Shown here: in pieces, positions 63,194-64,000 of the stretch
Numbering within the stretch: position 1 is the first letter of the stretch
How the letters are laid out: each line of letters opens with the position of its first letter
From: Thermodesulfobacteriota bacterium
Lineage (GTDB): Bacteria; Desulfobacterota; Desulfobacteria; Desulfobacterales; SURF-7
Direction: 5' to 3'
Assembly: GCA_049320885.1 (NCBI GenBank)
Contig: JBMORA010000044.1
Coordinates: 1-64,000 of the forward strand
DNA: 64,000 bases
Program-made: the position numbers and the translations under genes
The notes under the pieces: model-generated
What the model saw: the letters and a program-made list of their open reading frames with translations, nothing else
Databases searched by the model: none
Told to the model about the DNA's origin: nothing

Positions 63194-63991
63194 ATGCCGA
63201 AAAAAGCGGTTCTGGAAACCGTATCAGATTACGTTGGAACCATCACCTTCAACCGGCCCGAGCGCGGCAACGCCCTTTCGCCGGAAATACTTTTTACCTT
63301 GCACCGTCTGCTAGAAAAATGGGCCGGGGAGGAGGCTGTGCGGTGTGTGGTCATTACCGGCGGTGAGGGCAAGGCCTTTTCCTCAGGCTACGATATAGCC
63401 GCCATCCCCACCCGGGCGGCTCCCGAGATGGCGGAGTTAATCAAAAAACATAACCCTTTGGAACTGGCTTTTTCTTCGGTGAAGCATTTTCCCTATCCCA
63501 CCGTGGCGCTCCTGAACGGCCACTGCTTCGGCGCTGGGCTCAACCTTGCCATGTGTTGCGACCTCCGGATCGCCGCCGCCGATGTGAAAATCGGCATGCC
63601 CCCGGCAAAACTGGGGCTGGTGTATCATCCGGCGGGACTGGTGGACTTCATCCTGGCCGCCGGCATGAGCGCCACCCGGGAGCTTTTTTTTACAGGCCGG
63701 ACATATACGGCGGAAGCGGCCCTTGACATGGGCCTTTTGAACCATGTGGTGGCGAAGGACGAAGTCTTTGCCTTTACCCGGAAAATGGCGGCAGACATCG
63801 CCGACAATGCACCAATATCTTTGAAAAACAATAAAAAAATTTTAAACATGCTGGAAAAAGCCATATCCTTGACCGCGGAAGACCAAGCCGAGGCTGAGCG
63901 TCTCCAGGCTGAGGGGTTTGCCAGCGAGGATTTACAGGAGGGGCAACGGGCCTTTCTCGAAAAGCGGAAACCACATTTCAAGGGCAAATGA
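63194..63991 (+). CDS. Enoyl-CoA hydratase/isomerase family protein
   Basis: FNRPERGNAL, AFSSGYDI, NGHCFGAG, CDLRIA, EGQRAFLEKRKP. Confidence 0.93.
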   Translation: MPKKAVLETVSDYVGTITFNRPERGNALSPEILFTLHRLLEKWAGEEAVRCVVITGGEGKAFSSGYDIAAIPTRAAPEMAELIKKHNPLELAFSSVKHFPYPTVALLNGHCFGAGLNLAMCCDLRIAAADVKIGMPPAKLGLVYHPAGLVDFILAAGMSATRELFFTGRTYTAEAALDMGLLNHVVAKDEVFAFTRKMAADIADNAPISLKNNKKILNMLEKAISLTAEDQAEAERLQAEGFASEDLQEGQRAFLEKRKPHFKGK

Positions 63992-64000
63992 GTCATTGGT

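Overview
Probably a Desulfobacterales-type (deltaproteobacterial) chromosome segment. A short AT-richer host core (B12 radical SAM, degenerate hybrid kinase, gyrB, dnaN, OmpA protein, tRNA-Leu; about 15.5-24.0 kb) lies between two related integrative elements. Both carry the same HTH-replication / excisionase / tyrosine-integrase module, in inverted orientation. The left element (about 0.63-14 kb, next to tRNA-Arg-CCT) carries toxin-antitoxin and defence-type cargo plus several gene remnants. The right element (about 24.0-62.9 kb) is bounded by a 42-bp direct repeat of the 5' half of tRNA-Leu-CAA and supplies a replacement tRNA promoter. It carries (i) an uncharacterised operon of a 30-aa peptide, a putative carboxylate-amine ligase, a phosphatidylserine-decarboxylase homologue and a divergent Lgt homologue, and (ii) a large GC-rich surface cluster: VPLPA/PEP-CTERM-type proteins, a PstS-like protein, FKBP isomerases, a TpsB/TpsA pair, ExbB/ExbD/TonB and a porin. 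This cluster resembles the P. aeruginosa pdtAB-exbB2D2-tonB4 region and includes a c-di-GMP-I riboswitch. 11-bp-periodic YTAAY boxes precede several island operons, suggesting PhoB/OmpR-type control. All family assignments come from motifs read by eye; no database searches were run.
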